NCBI GenBank assembly: GCA_048938025.1 | Contig: JBHLMP010000063.1 | Span: forward strand, 1 to 17,878 | From: Promethearchaeota archaeon | Lineage (GTDB): Archaea; Asgardarchaeota; Lokiarchaeia; Sigyniarchaeales; SOKP01 | Length of the DNA stretch: 17,878 nt | Reading direction: 5' to 3' | In this document: piece by piece, positions 16,687 to 17,878 of the stretch | Layout of the letters: every line of letters begins with the position of its first letter | How positions within the stretch are numbered: the stretch's first letter is position 1 | Position numbers and translations under genes: made by a program | The notes under the pieces: generated by a model | Told to the model about the DNA's origin: nothing | Database searches by the model: none | What the model saw: only the letters and a program-made list of their open reading frames with translations

Positions 16687-16994
16687 TAATCTTCAACCCA
16701 TGGATCAACTGGAGCATTAGGATCATGCTCTCGCTGTCTTATAACCTCATATATTCCAGGTTCCAACTCGATAATTTCATGCTCTTCATGTATAATTTTA
16801 GTATTTTTATTTGCTTTTATGAATTGATGAGGTCCTCTATCCCAACTTGAAAATAATATTCCATTTTGTATTCTGTGAGCATGTCCTGTAGCTTCTCCCA
16901 TAACAATTATGTCGGTATCTAACTTGCGTTTCTTTTTTGGAAGTTCATCCACTTTTTTAAACAACACATCTCCTTGTCTGAATAGCTTACTCAT
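16686..16994 (-). CDS. Conserved His-rich 'RQGDV...GExTGHxH...HEEH' small beta protein, partner of DUF6745
   Basis: FRQGDV, GEATGHAH, HEEH..I.L.PG.YEV.RQRE motifs. Its stop overlaps the next start (TAATG at 16688..16684). Confidence 0.8.
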   Translation of the reverse strand: MSKLFRQGDVLFKKVDELPKKKRKLDTDIIVMGEATGHAHRIQNGILFSSWDRGPHQFIKANKNTKIIHEEHEIIELEPGIYEVIRQREHDPNAPVDPWVED

Positions 16995-17054
16995 ATTAAC
17001 ACTAAAAAATAATTTATTAAATATAATTAAAAAGAAGTTAAAAATAAGTATTAT

Positions 17055-17666
17055 CTATCTCATACTTTTCTGCTTTTCAACATTTTTCTTTAAAAGAATA
17101 ATGGATTCTTCTCTTGCTTTTAATAGACTTCTTTCTTTTATTCCTTCCATTTCTTCCGATGGTAGAACATATTCTTTTAATACTCTTTTTAAAAGTAAAT
17201 ATTCGTCTTTTCTGGAGATGTGTGGATCTACTTTTTCTTCATGAATAAAATTTTCAATAGTTGTATTTTTCCCATTACAATTACCTTCTGTTAGATCAAA
17301 CCTATAATTATTGTATACTAAAAAACAGTGAGCCATAGGTGCATAAGGTATATTGTATTTTTTTAAAATTTCATTGGCACCAGTAGAGATTTCTTCTGTA
17401 AATTTATAAATTCCTACATGTTTATAGAGGGGGATGTTGAGCTCTTCAGCAAGACCAGCGATCGTGGCATGTTTAGTTACACATGTACCCATATTCTCTT
17501 TAAAAAAAATCATTTTTATATCAGCATTAGAATTATATCCATATTCACTATTGTGTACATAATCACAGGCTTCCTTGAAGGATTTAATTCCTAAATCTAA
17601 AAAAACTTTTGATATTTCTCCAACAGGTTTAATCTCAGCATCAGGTAATTTATCATATGAATCCAT
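17055..17666 (-). CDS. Hypothetical protein with transglutaminase/papain-like Cys-His-Asp motifs
   Basis: GTCVTKHA..A.LAEEL, AHCFL, RFDLT. ATG at 17666 preferred over GTG at 17684. Confidence 0.65.
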   Translation of the reverse strand: MDSYDKLPDAEIKPVGEISKVFLDLGIKSFKEACDYVHNSEYGYNSNADIKMIFFKENMGTCVTKHATIAGLAEELNIPLYKHVGIYKFTEEISTGANEILKKYNIPYAPMAHCFLVYNNYRFDLTEGNCNGKNTTIENFIHEEKVDPHISRKDEYLLLKRVLKEYVLPSEEMEGIKERSLLKAREESIILLKKNVEKQKSMR

Positions 17667-17771
17667 AATAAATCTTATTATCACAATGTTAAAAGTGTTG
17701 CCCTAATAAAATATAGAGAATATATTGAGATTTGAGTAAATTTATTTTTATTTTTTAATTAAAGGTAAATT

Positions 17772-17878
17772 ATGAATTTTGAAAATTTAATATATGAAGA
17801 GAAGGATAAAACAGCGTTTATAACGCTTAATCGTCCTGAGGTTAAAAATGCTTTAAGCATAAAACTCTCTGATGAGAT
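17772..17878 (+). CDS. Enoyl-CoA hydratase/isomerase (crotonase) family, 5' fragment running off the window
   Basis: Manual translation MNFENLIYEEKDKTAFITLNRPEVKNALSIKLSDE..., which has the ITLNRP..KNAL crotonase signature. AAAGGT upstream. Not in the ORF track. Confidence 0.88.
   Translation, partial: MNFENLIYEEKDKTAFITLNRPEVKNALSIKLSDE

Noticed and set aside
13026-17244. ORFs 13026..13211, 13640..13849, 15174..15527, 16909..17244
   Set aside because: Antisense shadows of better-supported genes.
1-17878. CRISPR arrays, rRNA, transposases, integrases
   Set aside because: No regularly spaced repeats, GC-rich structural RNA stretch or recombinase/transposase motifs seen by eye.

Overview
AT-rich archaeal DNA. 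An archaeal-type LeuRS, TATA/BRE promoters, GGTGA/GGTGGT ribosome-binding sites and dense fatty-acid/acyl-CoA genes suggest an Asgard archaeon (Lokiarchaeia-like); this taxonomy is inference. The left part holds a minus-strand acyl-CoA oxidation cluster: acyl-CoA dehydrogenase, etfB, a ferredoxin-fused etfA that appears to start at CTG (extension missed by the ORF track), and a thiolase-like gene lacking the nucleophilic Cys. Next come an unannotated 50-aa ORF, a DUF3795-like Cys-rich protein, a canonical thiolase, radical SAM + kptA, leuS, a CrtC/AttH-like protein, a GNAT, a SnoaL-like protein, a cold-shock protein, a membrane protein with an orphan HisKA-like tail, a coupled RQGD-protein/DUF6745 pair, a transglutaminase-like protein and the start of an enoyl-CoA hydratase. 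The standout is upstream of leuS: a TATA-driven, nearly leaderless 26-codon ORF with 10 Leu codons ending TTA-TTA-TTA-TGA, followed by a 133-nt structured spacer with U-tracts and a possible anti-Shine-Dalgarno segment. This is a candidate leucine-sensing, ribosome-mediated attenuator in an archaeon.
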